Origin: a virus
Lineage: Duplodnaviria; Caudoviricetes
DNA length: 64,000 nt
Direction: 5' to 3' (one strand)
Virus record (IMG/VR): IMGVR_UViG_3300032116_022045
Shown here: one piece after another, positions 40,210 through 48,404 of the stretch
How the letters are laid out: every line of letters begins with the position of its first letter
How positions within the stretch are numbered: position 1 is the first letter of the stretch
The notes under the pieces: model-generated
Told to the model about the DNA's origin: nothing
Seen by the model: only the letters and a program-made list of their open reading frames with translations
Database searches by the model: none
Translations under genes and position numbers: made by a program

Positions 40210-40617
40210 TCAATTTAAAGTAAACGGAATAACCCATCTTTCACAATCTTGTGGCAATCTATTGATGTGTTTATAATTATTAATATACCCCATCATATTA
40301 GCTGAACCAATAGCGTTGGCAGAATGAACCATAACCCTTGTTACTGGAGACCCATCCATCCATTTTTCAACTAACCATTTTGTGCAGTCCATACCAGTTT
40401 TTTCGGTTATGTTATTGTAATCAATGGTGTAGTTATTAACCACATTATTATGCCACTCAATCATAGCAGAATCACCTAAATCATGGTCCAAAGATATTAA
40501 TTCTATATTTTCAAGACCTATTTCAGTTATTTTTGAAACAAATTCATCGTAGTTTCTAACCACAATCCAATCAGAACCCAATGGAGTTCTAACATCATCT
40601 AAATATATTTTTGTCAT
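40210..40617 (-). CDS. cyclic-phosphate-processing receiver-like domain protein
   Basis: IYLDDVRTP; ISLDHDLG; TGMDCTKWL; VHSANAIG. Confidence 0.7.
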   Translation of the reverse strand: MTKIYLDDVRTPLGSDWIVVRNYDEFVSKITEIGLENIELISLDHDLGDSAMIEWHNNVVNNYTIDYNNITEKTGMDCTKWLVEKWMDGSPVTRVMVHSANAIGSANMMGYINNYKHINRLPQDCERWVIPFTLN

Positions 40618-40910
40618 TTTGTTTTTAATGTTTCAATTTCTACTAATAATTCTTTAACATCAAATTTATCCATTTTTTGAAAGTTTTTATATTTTGTTTT
40701 AATTGTTGAATTAAAAACAGAACCATTACTTTCAGCCAATTCAAAACTATTGTAATCAATAGAATCAACATTATGATATTTGTATTGACCACCATTTTTA
40801 AAAATTATTGTTAAATCAAAATTATTTCTGTCGTACACTGATGCACAAATGTTTGATGAATCATAAATAGCTTTTATAATTCCCTTTTGTTCTTCTTTTT
40901 TTAATACCAT
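40614..40910 (-). CDS. KTSC domain protein
   Basis: SSNICASVYD...LTIIFKNGGQYKYHNV...AESNGSVFN. Confidence 0.8.
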   Translation of the reverse strand: MVLKKEEQKGIIKAIYDSSNICASVYDRNNFDLTIIFKNGGQYKYHNVDSIDYNSFELAESNGSVFNSTIKTKYKNFQKMDKFDVKELLVEIETLKTK

Positions 40911-40926
40911 TTTTATTTATTTATTA

Positions 40927-40958
40927 CAAATATACTAATAATATTTTATTTACACAAA
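40927..40958 (-). promoter_or_regulatory. Bacteroidota-type sigma70 promoter
   Basis: TTTG-N20-TATATTTG. Confidence 0.75.
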
Positions 40959-40976
40959 AAAATATTTAAATAATAG

Positions 40977-41071
40977 TTGCGTAATATTTTTATCATAAAA
41001 CCGTGATATAATTACCTATATATCATTTAGTTATAAAGATGTATTGCGTATAGCCTGTTGTTATAAACAAT
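40977..41071 (+). repeat. leader site L3 (attI-like)
   Basis: GTTGCGTAATATTTTTATC...TTAGTTATAAAGATGTATTGCGTATAGCCTGTT-GTTATAAACAAT; parallels 34430-34525. Confidence 0.65.
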
Positions 41072-41079
41072 AAAAAACC

Positions 41080-41478
41080 TTAAAGTGGTGGTTCTAAATT
41101 ATCTTTTATCTTATCATAAGAATCTTTAATCGCATCTGAAAGTATTTGTTCAATAGGTTTTTTACTATTTATAACAACGGATATATGAAATAAAAAATTA
41201 ATAGATTCTACAAACTTTCTAATTTCTTCCTCCGATTTACATTCTCGTTGAACAACACAAAATTCACCTCTTACCACTTTACAAGTTTGGGTTTCTATGT
41301 TGTAATAAAGTATTGGTAATCTACAAGAGTTTCCACATATTTCAGTATCTTCTTCACCTAAAACCCAAACTTGTTTTCCAGAGAATACATCAACTATCTC
41401 TTTGAATCCTAAATCTGTTAAATTTTGTGTTGTTATCATCGTTCTAATTATTAATTTTTTACATTCATATATCCGCAA
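41080..41478 (-). CDS. cassette H ORF, mostly encoded in the loop of palindrome C7 (start 41478 or a downstream ATG)
   Basis: Reads through the arm and core as FHISVVINS. Confidence 0.6.
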   Translation of the reverse strand: MRIYECKKLIIRTMITTQNLTDLGFKEIVDVFSGKQVWVLGEEDTEICGNSCRLPILYYNIETQTCKVVRGEFCVVQRECKSEEEIRKFVESINFLFHISVVINSKKPIEQILSDAIKDSYDKIKDNLEPPL

Positions 41479-41492
41479 CCGTTATAAAACAT
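41164..41492 (+). repeat. attC-like palindrome C7 with an approx. 250-nt loop
   Basis: TTTATAAC-AAC-GGATATATGAAATAAAAAATTAAT ... ATTAATTTTTTACATTCATATATCC-GCAACC-GTTATAAAACAT. Confidence 0.75.
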
Positions 41493-41496
41493 AAAA

Positions 41497-41577
41497 TTAT
41501 AATAACATCAGTAAACAAATTAATGTACATACCGTTATTATCATAAGTGCGATTTTTTCAGTCTTATCTATTTTCAT
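41497..41577 (-). CDS. cassette I micro-ORF, 26-aa hydrophobic peptide
   Basis: MKIDKTEKIALMIITVCTLICLLMLL; fills the cassette body between C7 and C8. Confidence 0.35.
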   Translation of the reverse strand: MKIDKTEKIALMIITVCTLICLLMLL

Positions 41578-41583
41578 AATTTT

Positions 41584-41687
41584 ACGATTTTATAACAAGG
41601 TATATGTGAAATACCTCATAAGGTTTCTACTAATTATTTAAGTTTCGCGGTTAGGTACTTCACATATACCCAACCGTTAGTGGCAAT
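41584..41687 (+). repeat. attC-like palindrome C8
   Basis: TTTTATAAC-AA-GGTATATGTGAAATACC ... GGTACTTCACATATACC-CAACC-GTTAGTGGCAAT. Confidence 0.8.
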
Positions 41688-41886
41688 TTTGACGATGTAT
41701 CTCATCACCGATAGCTTGTAATCTTTTGACATCTTCTGCATCCCATAAGTAAATTCGGCAGTTAGTTTCTTTTCCATCTTTAATAATTGGTGCAAATCTA
41801 TCTTTACCCATATCACCGATAGAAAAACTGCCACTAACATCGGTTTTGCAAAAAAGCCGTTTTAGTGCTAATTTTAATCTTTTCAT
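41677..41886 (-). CDS. cassette J ORF; probable start in the C9 loop, stop in the core
   Basis: MKRLKLALKRLFCKTDVSGSF...RQNCH. The ORF-track start at 42021 lies in the neighbouring cassette. Confidence 0.55.
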   Translation of the reverse strand: MKRLKLALKRLFCKTDVSGSFSIGDMGKDRFAPIIKDGKETNCRIYLWDAEDVKRLQAIGDEIHRQNCH

Positions 41887-41967
41887 TTCTATTGAACTTT
41901 TGTTGTTAATTGAACATTTGTTTTTCAAAATCGGCTTCTTCGCAAAGCCGTAAACGTTAGTGGCAAT
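41827..41967 (+). repeat. attC-like palindrome C9
   Basis: TGCCACTAAC-ATC-GGTTTTGCAAAAAAGCCGTTTT ... AAAATCGGCTTCTTCGCAAAGCC-GTAAAC-GTTAGTGGCAAT. Confidence 0.8.
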
Positions 41968-42220
41968 TTTGCTCACCACGCTTATAAACCATCTCTTTGT
42001 TTTCGTCAAAATGTAAGTCATATTCTTTACAAAAAGACCTAACCATTTTTCTAAATTCGTGATATTCCCAAGTTGTTAAGTCGTGCTTATCAAACAACAA
42101 CCTCATTTTATACAATAATCCATTAGGTCTTCTTGTAAATTCATCTTGATAAAAACTGCCACTAACAGCACCTAAATCGCTATTGGCGGTTTCTTCTGTA
42201 TTCAAATTTTCGTGTTCCAT
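41957..42220 (-). CDS. cassette K ORF; probable start in the C10 loop, stop in the core
   Basis: MEHENLNTEETANSDLGAVSGSF...EQNCH. Confidence 0.6.
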   Translation of the reverse strand: MEHENLNTEETANSDLGAVSGSFYQDEFTRRPNGLLYKMRLLFDKHDLTTWEYHEFRKMVRSFCKEYDLHFDENKEMVYKRGEQNCH

Positions 42221-42296
42221 ATTATGTTTATTTAAAATTGATAATTTAGTGTTCCAAATCGCCAACAGCGTTTAGCTGCGGCACGTTATAAGTAAT
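42155..42296 (+). repeat. attC-like palindrome C10
   Basis: TGCCACTAAC-A-GCACCTAAATCGCTATTGGCGGTTT ... AAATCGCCAACAGCGTTTAGCTGC-GGCAC-GTTATAAGTAAT. Confidence 0.8.
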
Positions 42297-42298
42297 TT

Positions 42299-42550
42299 TT
42301 AGTTACTCCTTATCATATTATCTTCTTCAAGAAAAAACATTTCCAATGCCGTGTCATATCCTTTACCCTCTTCCACTATCATAATATACTTACCTTCGCC
42401 ATAAGCTACAGTAGCATTTTTATCAACAATGAATTTAATCTTCTTACCTTCATACTTATTATGATAATGTAAGAAAAAACTACTTATAACATCAGATATA
42501 CCCAATTCGGGGTTATGTGTTTCATTTGAGTTTTGTTCTTTATCAACCAT
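42299..42550 (-). CDS. cassette L ORF
   Basis: MVDKEQNSNETHNPELGISDVISS reads through the half site at 42479. Confidence 0.6.
   Translation of the reverse strand: MVDKEQNSNETHNPELGISDVISSFFLHYHNKYEGKKIKFIVDKNATVAYGEGKYIMIVEEGKGYDTALEMFFLEEDNMIRSN
42479..42510 (+). repeat. half attC-like site C11 (right arm not found)
   Basis: ACTACTTATAAC is complementary to GTTATAAGTA at 42285. Confidence 0.55.
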
Positions 42551-42580
42551 TTTATTTATTATTTCTTCTTCTCGTTTATT

Positions 42581-42763
42581 TTACGTTTTTATTTTTTTTA
42601 TTTTTGGTATGTCGTGAAATATGGTTTCTTTTCGTATATTATCGGTTATTATCAATGAATTATAATGTAAACTTATATGAACATTATTATATGTAACTGA
42701 CCTACATTCAAAATCAACTGTTATAGTTTCATATGACTTGTTAAAAATAGTTTTATCTTCCAT
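42581..42763 (-). CDS. small hypothetical protein
   Basis: 60 aa; TATTTTTG element just upstream. Confidence 0.55.
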   Translation of the reverse strand: MEDKTIFNKSYETITVDFECRSVTYNNVHISLHYNSLIITDNIRKETIFHDIPKIKKIKT

Positions 42764-42798
42764 ATAACAAAAATACTACTATTTATTATAAAAAACAA

Positions 42799-42830
42799 TT
42801 GTTAAGATAAAAAAAAATATTGTATATTTG
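42799..42830 (+). promoter_or_regulatory. Bacteroidota-type sigma70 promoter for the Clp ATPase
   Basis: TTG-N21-TATATTTG, ATG 5 nt later. Confidence 0.7.
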
Positions 42831-42835
42831 TAACT

Positions 42836-45328
42836 ATGAATAGAGAAGTTGAACCAAAAGTTAAAATAATTATCACAAATGCCAGTAAAGAGGCTCTTAA
42901 TCTTGATGATAATAAGTTAAGGCCAGAACATATATTGTTATCTATGTTAAACGATAATAATAATGGATGTACAACAATATTAAAAAAATTAAAAATAGAT
43001 GTTGATGAATTATATGATAGAATAATTGATTTTATCAAAAGAAATGATGTCTTACCTAAAATAAAAATTACTAGGCGTACACCACCATTTTCAGATGAAA
43101 CAAAAAAATTAATTGTTTTATTGGATAAAGAATGTGAAAAATTAAATGATAATATAATTGATACAACACATATAATGTTAGTATATTTGTCAATGAAATC
43201 ACCAATAAATGATTTATTAAATGTGCACTACTCGCTAGACTATAATAAATTTAAAAACGAAATTATGAGTAATATGAATAATGAAAAAAACAATGTATTT
43301 AGTGACGATAATGATAACGACATTGAATATCTTAAAAAGAGAAAAGTTGATGATAAATCTAAAACACCTGTTTTAGATAATTTCTGTAAAGATTTATCTA
43401 AATCAGCAGAAAAAAATGAACTTGACCCAGTTATTGGTAGAGAAAAAGAAATTAAAAGAATTTCTCAAGTTTTAAGTAGAAGAAAAAAAAATAACCCAAT
43501 TTTAATCGGTGAAGCTGGAACTGGTAAAACAGCAATAGTTGAAGGGTTAGCTCAATTAATAAAAAATAATAACGCACCAAGAACCCTACAAAATAAAAGA
43601 ATATATAGTTTGGATATGGGGTTGGTTGTGGCTGGTACTAAATACCGTGGACAATTTGAAGAAAGAATGAAAGCCATTCTTGAGGAATGTAAAGCAAATA
43701 AACATATTATATTGTTTATTGATGAATTACATACAATAGTTGGTGCTGGAAATACATCTGGGTCATTAGACGCTTCTAATATATTTAAACCAGCGTTAGC
43801 TAGAGGTGAAATACAAGTTATTGGGGCAACAACATTAGATGAATATCGTGAAAATATAGAAAAAGATAGTGCTTTAACAAGAAGATTTCAACAAATTATG
43901 GTTGAAGAACCTACTTTGGAAGAAACAAAAAATATTTTATTTAATATAAAAGAAAAATACGAAAAACATCACAAAGTAATTTATACTAATGAAGCTATTA
44001 ATGAATGTGTTAAATTAGCCGATAGATATATTACCGATAGAGCAATGCCAGATAAAGCTATTGATATCATGGATGAAGCTGGTGCCTCAACCAATATTAC
44101 CATAGAAAAACCAGAAAATATTAAACTATTAGAAAAAAGAAAACAAGAATTGATGGTGATTAAAAAAGAAGTAGTGTTAAAACAAAAGTATGAAGAAGCA
44201 GCTAAACTAAGAGATGAAGAAAAAAATATTATTGAAGAGTTAAATAAAGCTAACGCTATATGGAATGAAACATTAAGTAATGATGCAACTGAAATAACTG
44301 TAGATATAATCGCTGAAGTTGTTTCTAGTATGACTGGAATACCACTAACTAAAATATCAACAAAAGAAGCTGAAAAACTAATAAACTTAGATAAAGAATT
44401 ATCTAGTAAAGTTATTGGTCAAGATAGTGCTGTAACTAAAGTAGTTAAAGCAATAAAAAGAAGTCGTGTTGGTATTAAAAATAAAAATAAACCTGTCGCT
44501 AGTTTCATTTTTTTAGGAAATAGCGGAACGGGAAAAACTTTTTTAGCTAAATTATTGGCTGAAAAAGTTTATGGTGATGAAGATGCGTTGATAAGATTAG
44601 ATATGTCTGAATATATGGAAAAACATAATGTATCTAGACTTATTGGTTCACCTCCAGGATATGTTGGTCATGAACAAGGTGGTCAATTAACAGAAAAAGT
44701 TAGAAGAAAACCACATTGCGTTATTTTATTTGATGAAATAGAAAAAGCTCACGAAGATATTTTTAATTTACTCCTACAAGTATTAGATGAAGGACAGTTA
44801 ACTGATGGATTGGGTAGAAAAATTAATTTTAAAAACGCATTAATAATCCTAACTTCTAATATCGGTGTTAAAGAAGTAAACTCATTTGGTAAAACTATGG
44901 GGTTTGAAACATCTAAATCAATAATTAATGAAGAAAATAAAGTACGTTCAATTATTGATAAAGCATTAAAGAAAAAATTTAAACCAGAATTTTTGAATAG
45001 AATTGATGAAGCAATTACATTTAATAGATTAACAAAAGAAGATATTCAAAAAATAGTCTATTTAGAAATAAATAAACTTGAAGAAAGATTAAAAGAACTA
45101 AACTTTAAACTTGAAATAACAAAAGAAGCAGTAGAATTTTTGGGTGATGAAGGTTATGATGAAAACTATGGTGCCAGACCATTAAATAGAACAATACAAT
45201 ATCATATCGAAGACCAAATCTCAGATGAAATATTAAATGGTAATATTAAAGATGGTGACACAATACTAATATCTTTTAATAAACAAAAAAAATTAATACA
45301 AATAAAAAGTAAAAAAACAAAAAAATGA
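42836..45328 (+). CDS. clpC: ClpC/ClpB-family AAA+ chaperone
   Basis: Clp N-domain; GEAGTGKT; LFIDELH; UVR-like middle domain; GNSGTGKT; RLIGSPPGYVG; MGF loop; YGARPL. Confidence 0.9.
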   Translation: MNREVEPKVKIIITNASKEALNLDDNKLRPEHILLSMLNDNNNGCTTILKKLKIDVDELYDRIIDFIKRNDVLPKIKITRRTPPFSDETKKLIVLLDKECEKLNDNIIDTTHIMLVYLSMKSPINDLLNVHYSLDYNKFKNEIMSNMNNEKNNVFSDDNDNDIEYLKKRKVDDKSKTPVLDNFCKDLSKSAEKNELDPVIGREKEIKRISQVLSRRKKNNPILIGEAGTGKTAIVEGLAQLIKNNNAPRTLQNKRIYSLDMGLVVAGTKYRGQFEERMKAILEECKANKHIILFIDELHTIVGAGNTSGSLDASNIFKPALARGEIQVIGATTLDEYRENIEKDSALTRRFQQIMVEEPTLEETKNILFNIKEKYEKHHKVIYTNEAINECVKLADRYITDRAMPDKAIDIMDEAGASTNITIEKPENIKLLEKRKQELMVIKKEVVLKQKYEEAAKLRDEEKNIIEELNKANAIWNETLSNDATEITVDIIAEVVSSMTGIPLTKISTKEAEKLINLDKELSSKVIGQDSAVTKVVKAIKRSRVGIKNKNKPVASFIFLGNSGTGKTFLAKLLAEKVYGDEDALIRLDMSEYMEKHNVSRLIGSPPGYVGHEQGGQLTEKVRRKPHCVILFDEIEKAHEDIFNLLLQVLDEGQLTDGLGRKINFKNALIILTSNIGVKEVNSFGKTMGFETSKSIINEENKVRSIIDKALKKKFKPEFLNRIDEAITFNRLTKEDIQKIVYLEINKLEERLKELNFKLEITKEAVEFLGDEGYDENYGARPLNRTIQYHIEDQISDEILNGNIKDGDTILISFNKQKKLIQIKSKKTKK

Positions 45329-45334
45329 TAAAAT

Positions 45335-45362
45335 AAACCCAGATTATTTCTGGGTTTTTTTT
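45335..45362 (+). terminator. rho-independent terminator
   Basis: AAACCCAGA-TTATT-TCTGGGTTT followed by a T-tract. Confidence 0.85.
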
Positions 45363-45383
45363 ATTATAACAATATTTATATGT

Positions 45384-46124
45384 ATGATTGAAAACACCTT
45401 AATAAATAAATATGAAGATTATTTGGATGGTTTAGATATATATGAAAACAAAAATAGTTTAAGATTATCTAAAATAGTAATAAAACCAGAGTATAGAAAT
45501 AAAGGTATTGGTAAAGATATTATGCAAGATTTAATAAATTATGCTGATACAAACAAACAAATAATTAGTTTAACACCATCTTCAGATTTTGGTGGTAATA
45601 AAAATAAATTAACACAATTTTATAAAAAGTTTGGTTTTAAACTTAATAAAGGTTATCACAAAAATTATGAATTTAATGATGCGATGATTAGATACCCTAA
45701 ATTAAACGAAACAACTAAAAGTAATATTAAAACATTATTACGTGAAGCTCTTATTAGAAAAGAAGAATTAGATATTAGAACAATAGCTGATTTTACTAAT
45801 TTTGCTAAAGAGTTTTTAGGGATAACTGATGATGTAAAAGTAAAATTAGCCTTTGAAAGAACACCAGAGTTAGCAACTACTGCTTATTATAACACTAATG
45901 GTTTTTTGGTTGTATATGCTAAAGATAGATTGTTGGCTGATATAAAAAAATCGATAGCACACGAACTTACCCACCATTTACAAAATCTTCAAGGAAGATT
46001 AAATAACCCTATTAAAGACGGTGAAGATGGTAGTCCAATAGAAAATGAAGCTAACGCAAAAGCTGGTGAAATAATTAGAAAATGGGGCAAATTGCACCCA
46101 GAGATTTATTATAAAACTCTTTAA
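45384..46124 (+). CDS. GNAT acetyltransferase fused to an HExxH zincin-like domain
   Basis: PEYRNKGIGK...FYKKFGF; IAHELTHHLQ...ENEANAKAG; LNE/LRE linker. Confidence 0.75.
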   Translation: MIENTLINKYEDYLDGLDIYENKNSLRLSKIVIKPEYRNKGIGKDIMQDLINYADTNKQIISLTPSSDFGGNKNKLTQFYKKFGFKLNKGYHKNYEFNDAMIRYPKLNETTKSNIKTLLREALIRKEELDIRTIADFTNFAKEFLGITDDVKVKLAFERTPELATTAYYNTNGFLVVYAKDRLLADIKKSIAHELTHHLQNLQGRLNNPIKDGEDGSPIENEANAKAGEIIRKWGKLHPEIYYKTL

Positions 46125-46128
46125 ATAT

Positions 46129-47149
46129 ATGCCATATAAATATAAAAAAGTTGGTAGTGAATATTGTGTCTATAAAAAAGAAGACAATACTAAAGTAGGT
46201 TGTACAAAAAAATCTATTAAAAAATATCTTTCCGCTTTACACGCCAATGTTGATGAATCAAATCAAATTAAAGGAGGTAAAGCAGATAACTTATCAATAA
46301 AAGATATTGCAAAAAAAATTTAATATATCTGTAGATGATATAAAAAAACAATTGGAAAAAGGTATAAGTGTTGAAAAAGAACACACACCTAATGAAGATA
46401 AAGCTAAAGAAATTGCTAAAGACCATTTATCTGAAATTCCAGATTATTATGATAGATTAGTTAAAATGGAAAAAACAGCTAAAAAAAAACATAATTTAAA
46501 TGAGATTGTTAAAAACAAATTAATAAAAAATTTAAAAAAAAGAACATTATTTATAAACGAATCTAAATTAAACGGTAAAACAATTATAAATGTTGATATA
46601 CAACCAGAATATGAAAATTGGGTAAGTTTTAATCTGAATGAATGGGTTGGTTTTATAAATCAAAATGCTGACGTTAATGATATAGTTTTTCTTTATAACG
46701 GTGCGGATACATTAGGGATGATTAACGAATATTCTTATAAAGAGTGGTTAATAAATTTAGGTATTGATGAAGATGTTATTTATAATGCTACATTTTATGA
46801 CAAAGGATACGCTTTTTTTAGATATTGTTTAGATAATTCAATTGATGAAGATAACATTGTTGATTTAATAAAATATATGGTTAAACACAATATTAATGAT
46901 AGTAGAGACATTGATGAAGACATGTGGAATAATTATATGGAAGAAACAAATCATGACCAAGAAGATGTTAGAGAATTATTAGAAAACGCTGGTGATATGA
47001 TAAATATACCAGATTTAATGGATTTCATTAAAAAGTATTCAAACATTGTTTTAACTGGTGGTGGGATAAATGAATGTTTAAAAGAAGTAGAAATAGCACT
47101 ATTAGCTTTAAATAAAGAATTTACTATTTTAAATAAATATACTTATTAA
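46129..47149 (+). CDS. single gene apparently split at an A8 run (ORFs 46129-46323 and 46307-47149); contains a DUF5661-like module
   Basis: KGGKAD...DIAKK | FNIS...QLEKGISVEKEHT...EIAKDHLSE.PDYY is one continuous motif across the frame break. Confidence 0.6.
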
Positions 47150-47150
47150 T

Positions 47151-48404
47151 ATGAGGTTAATAGAAGAGATTAAAGAAAAATTAAATTTTTATTTAACTGA
47201 AAAATTATCAGATATAGGTGAATTACATCCAAATGTAAAAAAAAATGAAATACCACCAATATTATTAACTTGGAATGAATATTATAAGTTAGTAAACGAA
47301 AATGATAAATCACATCCAAGTTCAGCATACAATAGAAGCTATAATAAAAATGATGTTTTTAATTGTGGTAATGGTGAATGTAAAACCATAAAAAATAAAA
47401 CTGTTGGTAATTTACTATTAAAATTTATATTAAAAAAAGAAAAAGCACAATACGCTAAATGGGATGGAGAAAAATACCTTGGAACGTATAGTGAAGATGA
47501 ATTAATAAAAATAGGTAAAAAACCATATATCTATTCAATATATTGTACACATAATAATATTGTTGTTGGTGAAGCGATTGATGAATGGGGTTGTGTTTTA
47601 ATTTCAGTGGTAAATGAATTTAGAAGTCTTGGGATTGGTGAAGAATTAATTAAAATGTATAGGAAAATATATCCATATAAACCAAGTGGGGGGTTAACAC
47701 CATCTGGTTATACACAACTAAGAAAATATTATAACCACATGGTAAAAGAAGCTCAATCAAATGGTGTTTATAGTGATTTAATTAAACGTGGTGAGTTAGA
47801 TAAAAAAAGATATTATGATATAATTAACTCAGTTTCAAAAGAAAAATTTTCAGATATAAAAACAAATAAATTAAAAGATGTTTATGGTAATAATAACGAA
47901 CCAATATACATTATAGATAATAATATAGTTATAATATTTGATTCTAAAATAAAGGATTTAAATGATGAATCATTCTCAGATTTTGATGATGATTTTTTAA
48001 AAGACTTAATTTATTGTTATATATACGTTAATGAATTTAATGATTACCCACAAGTTTTTAACTGTTATGGTAATGATAAATACATTAAACAAGGTATTGA
48101 AATATTAGCATCTCTAAACAAAGATTATGGCGGTTTAGGTGATTATTATTTTAGAAATTTTACTGGTAATGTTAAAACTACATTAGAAGACATTTGGAAT
48201 GACAATAATAAATACACTATAGAGGTAATTAAAGATGGTGGTTATATTAGTAGCATACCATTAACGTTAATTAAACCAAAAAAACCTATAAATAATGTGG
48301 TTAAACAACTACAATCTATTTCTAAGTTATGGTTTAAGAAAAACGATAAATATGATGAATTATATGATAGAATCCATGAATTTGCTTATGGTTTATTAGA
48401 TTAA
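47151..48404 (+). CDS. GNAT-like domain protein with head-targeting-like N-terminus
   Basis: VVNEFRSLGIGEELI acetyl-CoA motif A; MRLIEEIKEKLNFYLTE. Confidence 0.55.
   Translation: MRLIEEIKEKLNFYLTEKLSDIGELHPNVKKNEIPPILLTWNEYYKLVNENDKSHPSSAYNRSYNKNDVFNCGNGECKTIKNKTVGNLLLKFILKKEKAQYAKWDGEKYLGTYSEDELIKIGKKPYIYSIYCTHNNIVVGEAIDEWGCVLISVVNEFRSLGIGEELIKMYRKIYPYKPSGGLTPSGYTQLRKYYNHMVKEAQSNGVYSDLIKRGELDKKRYYDIINSVSKEKFSDIKTNKLKDVYGNNNEPIYIIDNNIVIIFDSKIKDLNDESFSDFDDDFLKDLIYCYIYVNEFNDYPQVFNCYGNDKYIKQGIEILASLNKDYGGLGDYYFRNFTGNVKTTLEDIWNDNNKYTIEVIKDGGYISSIPLTLIKPKKPINNVVKQLQSISKLWFKKNDKYDELYDRIHEFAYGLLD

Larger units (their letters stand above)
40977..42510. mobile_element. integron-like cassette array 3 (leader L3, cassettes H-L)
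   Basis: Palindromes at 41164, 41584, 41827 and 42155, plus a half site at 42479. Confidence 0.7.

Noticed and set aside
34707-42296. Palindromes as simple terminators or REP/MITE elements
   Set aside because: No T-tracts, arms differ in sequence, several are translated, and cores match across cassettes rather than within hairpins
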